The notes under the pieces are model-generated. The model was not told the origin of the DNA. It made no database searches and worked only from the letters and a program-made list of their open reading frames with translations. From Octopus sinensis (taxonomy: Eukaryota), in the NCBI RefSeq assembly GCF_006345805.1, contig NW_021833976.1, forward strand, positions 1-64,000: 64,000 nucleotides of DNA, written 5' to 3'. Below are positions 1 through 13,138 of the stretch, in pieces; the stretch's first letter is position 1, and each line of letters starts with the position of its first letter. The position numbers were made by a program, and so were the translations under genes.

Positions 1-785
1 TCGAAAATTTATAAAATGGCTGTATGTATAAACAAATGTTCAATCCCTGTCAAATGGATTTTGTGCTCCTTAGCTTCGTGTTTATATATTCCCGGTTTTG
101 CGTTTATATATTCACGGCATGGAAACGCTTACATTTATATATATATATATGCATAATACAAATATATCAAAATAATCAAAAGGATATGCAGTACGATCGT
201 TTCAAGCGACTCCATTTAATTGGACAATGCACCCATCACATCAATTTAAATGCAGATCAATCCTCAGTTGCATAAATACATAGAAGTAAATTAAATTAAA
301 ACAGATGGACACATTAGTATAATTTTACCTAAAACCTCCAAGAAGGTAAGGAGATAGACAAGGAACATGCTTTCTTCACTTCAGTTTTGAAGCTACTAAT
401 GCATCAAGAAGAAGGAATTGTTACAGATCTTGCTTGTCACTGTTTTAATTTATAGTCTTGTTTATCACATATTTATCACATCTTTTTCTAACAAAATCTA
501 AGGCCAAATATTTGCTGTACAAAAATATATAAGCATGTATGAATGTATATATGTATAATTATATATATATATATATATAAATGAAAGAATGGAGTTGAAC
601 GACGATTTAACAAAATTCCTTTATTCTCGACAAAAGAAAAAACAAAAAAAATCCCACAAATTTCCACACGAAAGCACGTGATCTCTGCCCTTGGCATGTA
701 GCTTCAACCGTGTTTTTCTGACGTGAATTTGCTACCCAGGTATCGGTTAACCGAATATCCATACTAAGATAATTCATTCAACTAT

Positions 786-830
<45 letters not shown>

Positions 831-1249
831 GAACAAAGAGTGATTACTACTTTCTAAATACTATCTAAATACTATCGGCAAATAAATATAGAATTGGCTA
901 AAAGAAAAGTGTCTTGTATGCGGTACTATACTCCAAATACCCCGAAATCAAACTCCATCACAAGAGGAATTTTTAAATGTATGTTTCCCTTACTCATTTA
1001 AGATTGTATGATTTTAAAATGTGATACATAAAATATACAGAAATAATGAGTTGTATGATTTGATTTACTGGTTATATATGGTGTATTCTCTTGTAGTGAA
1101 CCGCGAATGTTGATTCAGCGAAATAAAACACTAATCATGTCCTCTGGAAACGAATCGATCTCTTCAGGCTGGTGCCTTGCAAAGCTTTTGGTAAATGGAA
1201 CAAGTTGAGGGCTCAGAATAAATAAATACATACATCCATCCATAAATAT

Positions 1250-1657
1250 GAGTGGCTGTGTGGTAAGTAGCTTGCTAACCAACCACATGGTCCCGGGTTC
1301 AGTCCCACTGCGTGGCATCTTGGGCAAGTGTCTTCTGCTATAGCCCCGGGCCGACCAATGCCTTGTGAGTGGATTAGGTAGACGGAAACTGAAAGAAGCC
1401 TGTCGTATATATGTACATATATATAAGTGTGTGTGTGTGTATATGTTTGTGTGTGTATATGTTTGTCCCCCTAGCATTGCTTGACAACCGATGCCGGTGT
1501 ATTTACGTCCCCGTAACTTAGCGGTTCGGCAAAAGAGACCGATAGAATAAGTACTGGGCTTACAAAGAATAAGTCCCGGGGTCGATTTGCTCGACTAAAG
1601 GCGGTGCTCCAGCATTGCCGCAGTCAAATGACTGAAACAAGTAAAAGAGTAAAAGAG

Positions 1658-1658
<1 letters not shown>
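1250..1658 (+). mobile_element. SINE family A (tRNA head + CORE-like segment + internal (TA)n(TG)n + second module)
   Basis: A box TGGCTGTGTGG, B box GGTTCAGTCCC, CORE-like GTGGCATCTTGGGCAAGTG, tail (AAAGAGT)n; about 12 homologous copies in the window. Confidence 0.9.
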
Positions 1659-1695
<37 letters not shown>

Positions 1696-2458
1696 GTATG
1701 TATATACAACATAAACTCTTAATACATAATTGTGTATGCGTATACATATGTTTACACACACACATACACACACATATATGTATGTATAATCAAATTTTTT
1801 AATTGAAAATTTTAAAATTTTAATTGTACTTCATTAGTATGCTAGTTGAGAAATACGATGGACGCAATCATATTATCAGAGTGTTTTAAAGTAGGTGCTC
1901 ATCCAGTGATTGATGTGCTACTTGTAGAATGTCATAAACAGCATATTCTGATTGATCTCATAACTAACATTATAATACACACCGAAGAACTATAATCCAT
2001 TAAGATTTCCTCTCCGTTTCTGCAATGTGACTTTTAAAAAACATATGTGATTTCTAAACATGAAGAACAAAAGGCTAAAATGTTGAAAATATCTTCATCC
2101 TCTCTCTTGGTCGGAATGGGAATTACGGTCACCAAAGGCAACGGACGGACGAAAATTATTCCAACTGAGACAGTCATTATCATGTGATCAGAATAACAAC
2201 ATAGAATTAAGACCGTGCTTTAAAGAAAGTATCATACTGTGTTTGTCACGAAGAAAACATAACTTAAAGTTACTTCGCTTGTAATATATATGTGTGTGTT
2301 GGTGAGCATTGTAATGTGAAAGTGTTTATGTAATTGTGTGTTGTATGTTCATGTATACACGTATATACATATATGAACTGACATATATGTATGTAGATGC
2401 ATAAAAATAATCTTTATATATATATTATATATATATATATATATATTAATGTATGTTT

Positions 2459-2526
<68 letters not shown>

Positions 2527-2778
2527 ATATTATATATGTATATATGTTATATATGTATATATGTATATATATATATATTATATATATATGTATATATATA
2601 TTTAACGAGGAGAGAGAGAGAGAGAGATACACTGACAGAAAGAGAGAGACCACACACACACAGAATGAAAGAGAGAGGAATATATATTATTATAATGTAT
2701 TATATAAATATATATATATATATATATAAACATACCACACACTTACACACACACTTACACACACACACACACCACACT

Positions 2779-2829
<51 letters not shown>

Positions 2830-4064
2830 CTTAATACACAAACACACACACGCGCATACACACACATATATATACATATACTTATATACATACACACGCA
2901 TGCGCGCACACACACACATATATATACATATACTTATATACGAACATACACACACACACGTATATATATATATGCATATTTGCTTATATACCCACACTCA
3001 GACACGTATAAATGATTACACACACATACGTAAATATACACATTCACTTGAACTGTATAAAAGCACAGTTTCCGTAGGAAGCAAAGTGCTTTTTCAGTAT
3101 TTTAATCAATTTGCCTTTTTATATTTTTCTTTTTCTTTTTTTTATCCGTTCATTCTCAACATCCTTTCTAATAACCAGCAAGCAAAGCAGTTCCAACTTT
3201 CTTTCCCGAATATCACAGCATCCAGTGCTACTTAACAAACAATTCTGCGGAATTGGTTAGTCTTTCTAAGTCGATTGCTTCGCTGCTAACTCAGCGGGGA
3301 TTCCGTGATCTGCTTGTAGCTGGCTCACCTGAGCAAGCCTGGGTTCCTCCTGTTAAAAGTCGGATATTATTTGATAGCGTAAATAGTAATTGTATGAAAT
3401 CAAACATGAGGGGTTTGCGATTATATTTGTATAGGAAGCATAGGATGTTTTGAGTATATAGGAGACGGAAAATTGGTTCAACGATTAATGAAACATTGAT
3501 AAACATGGTGGAGTTGTTGAAATAGCATGGCAATACAGGGATAGAGGAAATAGTAGTTTGTGATTATATAGGCGGGAACATAATGCAAATTGATTGTAGT
3601 AGACGTGTATTTGGAGAAATATTTGCTGGTTACGATTGAGGTTGTGGATGAAAAGGCGATTTCATTGTCTCCAACTCAGCTTCGTGCCTATTCATACTTA
3701 CGATTAGGGATTTTCTGTAATGATTGAAACAAAACGATCGTAAATACAAGAGGCCAAAACAGGGTTCCTACAAAGGGTTACTGCAGAAAATGCGTACCTC
3801 GGAGATCAGAGAATATTTTTAGTTGGAGACTCTCTCCGGATTGAGAAATCAACGTACGCTACCACGGATATGTGGATTGAATATCACAGGAAAGAATCGC
3901 AAGATAGTTTATCCAAGCCAAACCAACCGGCAGGATACCAAGGGGTGGACGAAGAACGCGATGGTTCGATGATATGATATCCATGTTATCAGTTAGTCGC
4001 GCTTGGTGATCCAACCGTAAAATGTAGCGAGATTACTTCACATAGACTTCACATAGACATATAT

Positions 4065-4128
4065 AGGTAGACAGACAGACAGACCAATAGATTGATAGAT
4101 ATATAGCTATATAGATAGATAGACATAC

Positions 4129-4207
<79 letters not shown>

Positions 4208-4474
4208 CAGATAGATGGATAGATAGATAGATAGATAAGAAAAGACGGAGAGTTGGCAGAAACGTTAACTCGCCGGGCGAAACGCTTGGCGGTATTTCGT
4301 CTGCGTTACGTTGTGAGTTCAAATTCTGCCGAGGTCGACTTTGCCTTTCATCCTTTCGGGGTCGATAAATTAAGTACCAGTTACGCACTGGGGTCGATGT
4401 AATCGACTTAATACATATGTCTGTCTTTGTTTGTCCCCTCTGTGTTTAGCCCCTTGTGGGTAATAAAGAAATAG

Positions 4475-4532
<58 letters not shown>

Positions 4533-4560
4533 GATAGATAGATAGATAGCTGGATAGCTG
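4065..4560. repeat. (GATA)n microsatellite split by a SINE-B insertion
   Basis: Long GATA runs at 4065-4240 and 4474-4560. Confidence 0.95.
4244..4473 (+). mobile_element. SINE family B (tRNA head, GCCTTTCATCCTTTCGGGGTCGATAAA central segment)
   Basis: Head GAGTTGGCAGAAACGTTA, B box GAGTTCAAATTC, ends TAATAAAGAAATA; many homologues in the window. Confidence 0.9.
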
Positions 4561-5324
4561 GATGTGTGAGCGTTTGTAATTGCGGGTACATTGAGTGTAT
4601 TTGTGTGTACAGCCAACGGGAGAAAGAGGAAAATAAGAAAACTTTGTGTGAGACGTAAAAATTCTGTTTGGTTTACGAGTCTCTAGGATTATATATCTAG
4701 ACGTATATATTGCGATTATGAGAAAGAGTTGGATTTTAGGTGGAATGGAAAATGGAATGAAAGAGTGTTGGATAAGGAAGCGTTAGTGCACTTCGGACCT
4801 GAAAGTGTAGTGGTGTTAACGTTGTTGTTCTTTTTATTATTATTGGCGGTGACTGTTGTGGTGTTTGAGATGTCGGATGTCATATAAAATCCAATTTCCA
4901 CAACAGTAAAAATGCCGTTAGCATCACCAGAAATAATCATTATTGGATTATCGAGGAAACGGGAAGAAACGGTACTGAAACCAAAATTGAAGAGAGAGAA
5001 AAAAAATAAATAAATTGCCAAATATTAATTTTTTTATTTTTTTTTTAAGGAAATACTTTTCTTAACTACAAACATGAAGATATCTCGAAGTGTTGGAAAT
5101 AATGATAAGATGGCTCAAATTTTCTCGGTTCATTTCCGAGTAATATTTTAAAAAAAAAAGGAGATATATTTTTCTTCCTTCAAACGTTCTAAGAAATGAA
5201 AACCAATTTTGGGCAATTGTAAGTCTTACCATAGCTGAATAATTGAATCACCCTACTCATTTTTATCATCGTAATCACTATCATTATCGCCATCGTCCAC
5301 TTCGGCGTGATTATCATCGTCATC

Positions 5325-5362
<38 letters not shown>

Positions 5363-5461
5363 ACTGAATTGTAACAGTAGCAGTAGCAGGCCTAGTAGCA
5401 GCATTATAGCAAAGACGACAACGGCAACGTGGACTGAGAAGCGTTAAGATCTCCAACGGTA

Positions 5462-5570
5462 GGCGCAGGAGTAGCTGTGTGGTAAGTAGCTCGCTTTCCA
5501 ACCACATGGTTCCGGGTTCGGTCCCACTGCGTGACACCTTGGGCAAATGTCTTCTACTATGGCCTCGAGT
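5462..5570 (+). mobile_element. SINE family A, head only
   Basis: GGCGCAGGAGTAGCTGTGTGGTAAG...CCTTGGGCAAATGTCTTCT, then truncated. Confidence 0.85.
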
Positions 5571-5584
5571 AAACAAAACCCATT

Positions 5585-6560
5585 ACAGTGGATTCGGTAA
5601 ACTCCCATTGTGAGGCTCGTCTTTCCGCAGCTCGTCTCCTTGCGAGAGCTGCAGTCCTATGTGAAGAAGAGATCGGGACCGGACGACTGCCATATAGAAT
5701 GCGGTCAGACGCTCATAGCCTTCGACTAATCAGGCAATGGGATCGGCGGATGTTCCGCTAAAGAAATTTATAGTGGATTAGCGGCAGGGAAATGCGAAGA
5801 CGTTCTCGGGGAGGCTCTGGGCGCCGACGAGAACGAGTTGGTAAGTCTGTTCTGGGGAACTTTTCGGTCGGAACTATCATGAATAATTCCCAGATGTCCT
5901 TGGCCTGGCAGTGATACCAGAGGGTTCTACCGGTTCGATATGAACTCTTCAGGCACGGATGTGCTGTCAGATGGCCTTAACCGAGGTGCGTGCAGTGACG
6001 AAGCCGTTCTGCGCGCCCTCGTTCAGTGATAAGGCATTGCCGACATGTGGGACGGATCCGTCTGTCGGCCAACTCTGTAGTGATGATCGCATCTCCACCC
6101 TCCTTCAATCGGGCAGGCAAGGCAGTTCCCTTTGCCTGGTGGCTGTGGCGAAAGATGTTGTTTGGTGGACAAGACTGAAAGGCATGAGGACAGATACATT
6201 CCTCTTTTATTGAGCTCTCTTTGGCCTCTTCAATTTTCACTTGAAAAGGAAATTGAGAGCGGAGAGGGAGGTGCTGTCCACAGTTGAATTTACTGAAAGG
6301 TGGGTGAAAGTTGCGAAAATGGCAAGAGTGGATGGCTCCTGTCTAAGTGTAGACCTGTGAGAGGGCACTTACTCCTTGGGTTTCGGAGTAATCTCAGACA
6401 GTGAGGTTCCTGGATTATCCCTAGAGACCTTGCCTTATCAGGAGAGCCACATGTCTATCATCCTCCCCGCCATTGTTCCTTTTTTTCACCTGTGTATACT
6501 ATGCATATATCCCTTCTGTTTCAGTGCGTACCGTGTATACTTCATGTTTTATCATTTCCT
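5585..6560 (+). mobile_element. Decayed L1/Tx1-clade LINE, ORF2 C-terminus (zf-RVT region) plus 3' UTR
   Basis: Manual translation across stops and frameshifts: SLAWQ*YQRVLPVRYELFRHG, PRC..DEAVLRAL, LCLVAVAKDVVWWTRLKG, FHLKRKLRAEREVLS..FTERWVKVAKMARV; this resembles the L1/Tx1 ORF2 end. Confidence 0.75.
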
Positions 6561-6562
6561 TA

Positions 6563-7066
6563 TCTTTATATATAAAAGAGAGGTTGTGTGAGTGTCTGTC
6601 TCCTACGATTTAGATTCCTAACTACGCCCACATTTTGCGGTGCAGTTTAACCAAAAGCGGGTATCTTATAGTCGTGATTCATATCGAGCCCTTCTGGGTA
6701 TTAGCGCGCGTCTACGATGAGTCTACGATTTAAAAAAAAAATTACCATCATTTTTTTTTCATTTTAATGCATTTTTTCGCTATTAAATAAGGGAAGTAAC
6801 TCTCTAAAATTGTCTACGATGACTCTACGATTTAAAAAAAAATTACCATCATTTTTTTCCATTTTAATGCATTTTTTCGCTATTAAATAAGGGAAGTAAC
6901 TCTCTAAAAATGTCTACGATGAGTCACCGATTTAAAAAAAAATTACCATAATTTTTTTCCCATTCTTAGTGCATTTTGTTTTGCTATTTTTTGGCTATAA
7001 CTCTCTAAAAATGCTTATATAGTTATTTCCCTTACAAACCCGAGCAACGCCGGGCGATACTGCTAG
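6563..7066 (+). mobile_element. Non-autonomous Helitron
   Basis: A|TC 5' end, hairpin CCCGAGCAACGCCGGG (7039-7054) 8 nt before CTAG|T 3' end, internal ~100-bp tandem; homologues at 27979 and 53050. Confidence 0.85.
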
Positions 7067-8134
7067 TTATATATAAACTCCAACACTTTATGTCTGTCTC
7101 TGTATTGTCTTCCTCATCATTCGCCCTAGTGGAAAATAAATGAAATCATTATCATTATTGTTGTTGTTGTCGTTGTTGTTACTATTAATATCGTAATTTG
7201 TTTCAAACCATCTGAAACATATATTGATTTGTTATGTCATTCATATCAAACGGTATGTTATTCACTTTGACATGGCAAGATTCATTAAAATCTTTCCTTA
7301 ATTTTTTTCTAACTATTTCGTTGAAATTTTTTACATCGATTTCCACACATCTATATATGGTTTCAAGTAGTCGACTGATTGTTTTCATAATTTAATTATT
7401 CTTAATTACTGCTTAATAAAATCGAGTGTCTACTCAAAAAGAACAAGCGACACACACACACACATACGGACACACACACTTCCAGACACACACACACACA
7501 TTTATATATACACACATGGCCTCACATAACCTAATTGAGTCAAGTTGATTCGGTACTAGATTTTCAGTATATATCATAAAACAGAATTAATAAAGCCCTA
7601 TGAGAGACATTAGATGTACTAGAAATAGTACACTGTTGAACTCAATGGCGTGCAATAATTAGCATTAGCAGAAAATGAATGTCTCTACTTCTTAGAAAAT
7701 ATAACACTTGAAATACCACGCTGGTTAATTAGAAAATGTTATAGGTACAATCGGTAGATCGTACGTTTTAGATGATGTTATTTTATGTGACGATCTGTTT
7801 TTTGGTACTTTTACTACTATTTAAATTAGTCATTAGAATACAGCCATGCTGGGGCGCCACTTTGAATTGTTTAGTGAAAGAAAATGTTGCCCCCAGGATA
7901 ATTTTCTTTGGAAATCTGGCACGTTTTCTTTCACACACTCTGGGCCGAACTGCTAAGTTACGAAGATGTAAATATATTATCACCGATTGTCAAGCAATGG
8001 TAGGGAACAAGCAGAAGTGGAGACTCATGCACACGTGCACACACGCACACATACACACAAACATATGTATGTATATATTATATATATATATAAAAAGTTG
8101 AGTAGTGGGGTATCGCACGAGTGGAATTATATAG

Positions 8135-8326
8135 GAAAGAAGGTTTGAAAATGCAATTTAAAAGATGTTTATTTACTTAACCGGTTTCACTCTTTGGTAA
8201 AAGATTGTCAAAAGTAACATTTAATAATATGGGTTATTCAATCTTACTTTTGACAATCTTTTACCAAAGAGTGAAACCGGTTAAGTAAATAAACATCTTT
8301 TAAATTGCATTTTCAAACCTTCTTTC
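8135..8326. repeat. Perfect 83-bp inverted repeat with 26-bp spacer
   Basis: 8135-8217 is the reverse complement of 8244-8326; a (TA)n run follows. Confidence 0.95.
8244..8288 (+). ncRNA. Minimal type I hammerhead-like motif (mirror copy on - strand at 8173-8217)
   Basis: Stem I TTACTT/AAGTAA, core TTGACAA (U3-A8), stem II TCTTT/AAAGA, 2-nt insert, GAA, palindromic ACCGGT, GUU site. Confidence 0.5.
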
Positions 8327-8346
8327 GTATATATATATATAATATA

Positions 8347-8388
<42 letters not shown>

Positions 8389-8398
8389 TATATATATG

Positions 8399-8440
<42 letters not shown>

Positions 8441-8454
8441 TGTATATGATGAGT

Positions 8455-8580
8455 CTCCTTTCATTTTTCGTCTAAAACATATCTTGACGTGGCTTTGATC
8501 GGTCAGTGGCTATAGTAGAATACACTTGCCCAAGTTGCCGCGTAATGGAACTGAACTCAGAACCATGTGGTTGATAAGCA
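8455..8580 (-). mobile_element. SINE family A head, diverged
   Basis: CACTTGCCCAAG...GGAACTGAACTCAGAACCATGTGGTTG matches the reverse complement of the A head. Confidence 0.7.
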
Positions 8581-8992
8581 CAGTACATCCTACACACACA
8601 TTGTTCCAAAGACCTTTTTATAACTTATTGACCATTCTATGCGTGAGGGAAATGTTCTAGAAATTTCAAATTACTGTACTTTGGACGTCGTATACCCGTG
8701 TCTACATTTCCAAAAAATGTCTTCTTGATAGGACAAATACAATCATATAGGCAACATTCAAACAGCATTTCCATATGCATTTCCGCAAACAATTGAATAA
8801 AAGCATATTGCAACTAAACCTCAACAAAACAGCAGCAAAGAGATGACCAATTCTAAGTACACCAAACATTACTCTTAAAGATCATAAATTTCAACTTACT
8901 ACTGACACAAATTCCATAACATGTATTCTCCAGAACCAACCAAGCACTATATTTTAAGGAATTACTATATGTTAGCATAATGCGGTATTATA

Positions 8993-9221
8993 GGCGGCGA
9001 GCTGGCAGAAACGTTAGCACGCCGGGCGAAATGCTTAGCGGTATTTCGTCTGCGTTACGTTGTGAGTTCAAAATCCGCCGAGGTAGACTTTGCCTTTCAT
9101 CCTTTCGGGGTCGATAAATTAAGTACCAGTTACGCACTGGGTCGATGTAATCGACTTAATACCTATGTCTGTCCTTGTTTGTCCCCTCTGTGTTTAGCCC
9201 CTTGTGGGTAATAAAGAAATA
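8993..9221 (+). mobile_element. SINE family B, full length, 10-bp TSD
   Basis: GGTATTATAG at 8984-8993 and 9222-9231. Confidence 0.92.
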
Positions 9222-9680
9222 GGTATTATAGAATTTCATCGCGTTCCAACTATGAAACTATACTTCTCAAATCTTATATTTTGCCAATACCATCAATCAA
9301 GCAATTAATATGCAATGAATAGCATCACTCACAAATACATCAGTCTTAGTCTTGTTGACACATTTGATTTAAAATGCGCAGAAATTTCTCGTTATCCGCC
9401 ACACCAGTTGCATGAATAATTCTTATCTTGTTAAGCAGATTGATAAGTGGATGGAATAAAATAAAACAATGACAGATCTAGGAAATTATTAATAGATTAT
9501 ATCCAGTGTTATATATGAGATGATATCAATCGCCATCCATCTATCAATCCATCCATTCATCTATCCATCTGTCCATCCATCCATAATACATACATATATA
9601 TGTGCGTGGATTAGAGCATATGTGTGTGCGTGTGCATATGTGTTTGTGTGTGTGTGTGTATATGTGTTTGTGTGTGTGTG

Positions 9681-9719
<39 letters not shown>

Positions 9720-11225
9720 AAGGTGATAGGATTTGGATATAATATATTTAGCGATTCCGACCTCTTTAATGTTTCATATTTAAAGATTTCTTATAAAAAG
9801 AAAAAAATGCCTACCTTATATATCAAATATCTGAAAACCACTTGGATTTGAAACAGGTTTGGAAAGAGTGTATTTGCGAGTGGTCATGTGAGATGTCCTT
9901 TGTCATTTTAAATTTATATGTGTGTATGGTTATATATGGATGCGTATATGTGGATGTGTATATGTGTGTGTATATATGTGTGTGCTATGAGTTTAGGAAA
10001 GTGTGTTTTCCTGCGATGGCAGGTCACAGAGTCAAATTATTTCATGAATTATTTCATGAGTTACAAAATAATTCACTTAGTTATGGTGTGAAAGACATTT
10101 TTAGTTCAATTGCCTTGTTGGCCTGTGGCACAAAACAGAGTTTTATCGAGTTATTTGGGGTGGCTTTGAAATATCTGCGTGTCTCTAAATGAGTTTAAGT
10201 GACGCGTGTGAGGGAATATCTGTATGTGTGTGTATATGGGTGTTTTGTGCGTTTGCGTGCGCGTGTGTGCGTGTGTTTTTTGTTGTTGTGTAAGCGAATT
10301 TGTCCAGTTACTTTAGCAGTAGTCATTACATCATTATTAATAATGACATGCAATGGCCATCTGGATTGGTTCATCTGCAGGACAATTATTTTCTAATCTT
10401 CTCACTATTACATTGCTTTAGATTAGATAATACGTCGCATAAAAAGTAGTCCCATTGCCTTCTGGTATATTGGATAACCTTGGGGGTATTTGTAGAAAGG
10501 AAAGAAGTTGAATCTGCTGTTTCCGAATATTTCCAGATGCTTCCTGAGAGGAGTTTACGTAATTCTTTTTGTATGATGGGTTGTCGGTGGATTCCTATAC
10601 GTTGGCAAGAAGACTTGTAGGTTTCAAAAACAAATTTACTTTGCACAAGCTTTCAGCATATTACAATCTCCGTCTTGCAGTTCTTTTTTTTTGCATTTTT
10701 ATTTGCAAGTCGAATCCACTTTAAAATTTAATATGGGAACTTGTTTCCAAAGAGTTGATTTTTTTCTTGTTCTTCTTGCGTATTTTACATCTATTGTTCC
10801 GTATACCTTCACACAAAATACTAAATTGCCCTCTGATGCGAATGTTGCCCTTGTGAACTATCCTTTTTATATTTACAGTTTGTTGTGAGATTTTCCTCAA
10901 CTAAATTTCTCATTTTGGGATTTTTAAAGGTAATTGTTGATTTGTTTTACTGTTTAAAAATACTACACGCCAGGAATGTGCGTACTCATAAACGGATCAG
11001 CATTTCCTTTAATTTTTTGTCCATAGTTGATCTCTGTTTTATGAAGTCTAGTTTTATTGCTTCTATAATTCAATTATTTATAAATTTTATGGAGGAACTG
11101 TATTGTTTGAGAAGTCTTTAAGCTCACTGAGTCGAGTCTGATGTATTTTTGGTTCAACTACTATTGCACTAAATAGATACGTGTGTATGTACGTGTGCGT
11201 GTGTGTATTCCCGAAACACTTTTAG

Positions 11226-11788
11226 GACCTTTTCGGTTTGAACGGTAGTTTTCAACATAATTTCTAGGTAACTAAAAAATTTTTAACTTCGTATACTGGT
11301 AGAATGTGTTTATAAAACATCTTTTTCTTTTGGCTTTATTGAGAAAATTCTATAGTTTGTAAGATATTAGTTGTTTTTTTTTCTGCAATTTCTGCAATTT
11401 CAACCAATCAAATACGCCTATTGAGGTAAAAAACATTCTGTGTCGTGTGAATAAGTCCCTCGTTTAAGAAACAGATTGGGTTTATTTACATTTGGGAAGA
11501 AAAAAAGATATACTTACCCCCACCCCTAACCCTAACCCTAAAACAGATTGAAATGCAATAGATCGATAATAGGGTCATAACTATGGGTGACAATAACTCT
11601 TTTTATTAACTAACAGATTGGGTTTATTTACATTTGGGAAGAAAAAAGACATACTTACCCCCACTCCTAACCCTAACCCTAACCCTAAAATAGATTGAAA
11701 TGCAATTGATCAATACTAGGGTTATAATTATGGGTGACAATTTCATATGACACCGCTAGAAAAAACTGCCGTTCAAACCGGAAAGATC
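11226..11788. mobile_element. Non-autonomous TIR element with internal (CCCTAA)n and an internal duplication
   Basis: 27-bp terminal inverted repeats with 24/27 identity (11226-11252, 11762-11788); two copies of a ~135-bp segment containing CCCTAACCCTAACCCTAA. Confidence 0.7.
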
Positions 11789-11887
11789 CCTCTTTTAATA
11801 TTCGAGACAAGTATGTTCTACCATTCTGAAGTCCTAATGAATAACAAATATAGCCATTCCTACTATTCCCGAAAAGCTTGTATTGGT

Positions 11888-12321
11888 CTTTACTCTTTTA
11901 CTCTTTTACTTGCTTCAGTCAATTGACTGCGGCCATGCTGGAGCACCGCAAATCGACCCCGGGACTTATTCTTTGTAAGCCCAGTACTTATTCTATCGGT
12001 CTCTTTTGCCGAACCGCTAAGTAACGGGGACGTAAACACACCAGCATCGGTTGTCAAGCACTGCTAGGGGGACAAATACAGACACAAACACAACACACAC
12101 ACACACACACACCACCACACACACCACACCACACATTATAATATATATATATGTATATATACATATATACGACAGGCTTCTTTCAGTTTCCGTCTACCAA
12201 ATCCACTCACAAGGCATTGGTCGGCCCGGGGCTATAGCAGAAGACACTTGCCCAAGATGCCACGCAGTGGGACTGAACCCGGAACCATGTGGTTAGTAAG
12301 CAAGCTACTTACCACACAGCC
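11888..12321 (-). mobile_element. SINE family A
   Basis: Reverse complement of the 1250-1658 element. Confidence 0.9.
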
Positions 12322-13042
12322 AGAGTCATTTATGTATGCCTCATACTGTAAAAAGGAAAAAAAATAACATCAGAGTATACGCTGTGTATAAATTTATCCC
12401 GGAATAAAAAACAAAGTTTAAGAGATCGTACATTTATCATTACTGCATTTTTCATTTTCCTATGAATCATATATATTGTATGAGGACAATTACTAAAACA
12501 CAACAATCAAATCGTGTTGTAAAAATTACGCTGTTTTTATTAACTAATATAATTAAAGAAATCTTTAGAACTATAAAAAAATATAAACTCTTCTACGTTT
12601 TATTAATTGGCCAATTAATGGTAAATTGCTAAATTTTTTTTCGTTTCATTTTATTTCATTTTATTACAGTGCAGTGCGAAAATATAGGTGACTTCTAAAA
12701 TTTTATCTTCCTGATTAATAATTATTTTAAGGTTTTCGTTGAACAATATATTTGGCAATCAAATATCCTGAAGCAACACTCAAAGAACGACATCTAAAAC
12801 AATTGTATTATTATTATTATTTTTTTAAAGAAGTAATATGTTAGAGGTTTAAATTTTAGTGGTAAATAAATAAAATATATTCTTAGTAAGTGGAACAGAA
12901 TGGCATTTATCATGGCATTTATAAACTTTTAAAATTCATATATAAAACTGAAATGCCTAAAAACGCCATCAATTTCTTCTGCTATTTGAAAACTATTTAA
13001 ACATGCAAATCGGGAATGTAAGTAGAAAATTTTTACTTTAGC

Positions 13043-13083
<41 letters not shown>

Positions 13084-13138
13084 ATATATATAATATATAT
13101 TATATATATATATATATATATTATTTATATTATATTAT

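Noticed and set aside
300-460. Two small exons (DGHISIILPKTSKK; LKLLMHQEEGIVTDLACHCF)
   Set aside because: The first acceptor has no pyrimidine tract and the implied intron is only about 38 nt.
1115-1477. Recurring peptides such as RQASFSFRLPNPLTRHW and MRNWYLIYRPRKDERQS
   Set aside because: They are translations of SINE-A and SINE-B copies, not a gene family.
2397-3235. YI/TH/CV/LSIY-rich ORFs here and throughout the window
   Set aside because: Stop-free frames of (TA)n, (CA)n and (TATC)n microsatellites.
11520-11690. True telomere or chromosome-fusion scar
   Set aside because: Only about three CCCTAA units per block, in one orientation, inside a TIR element.
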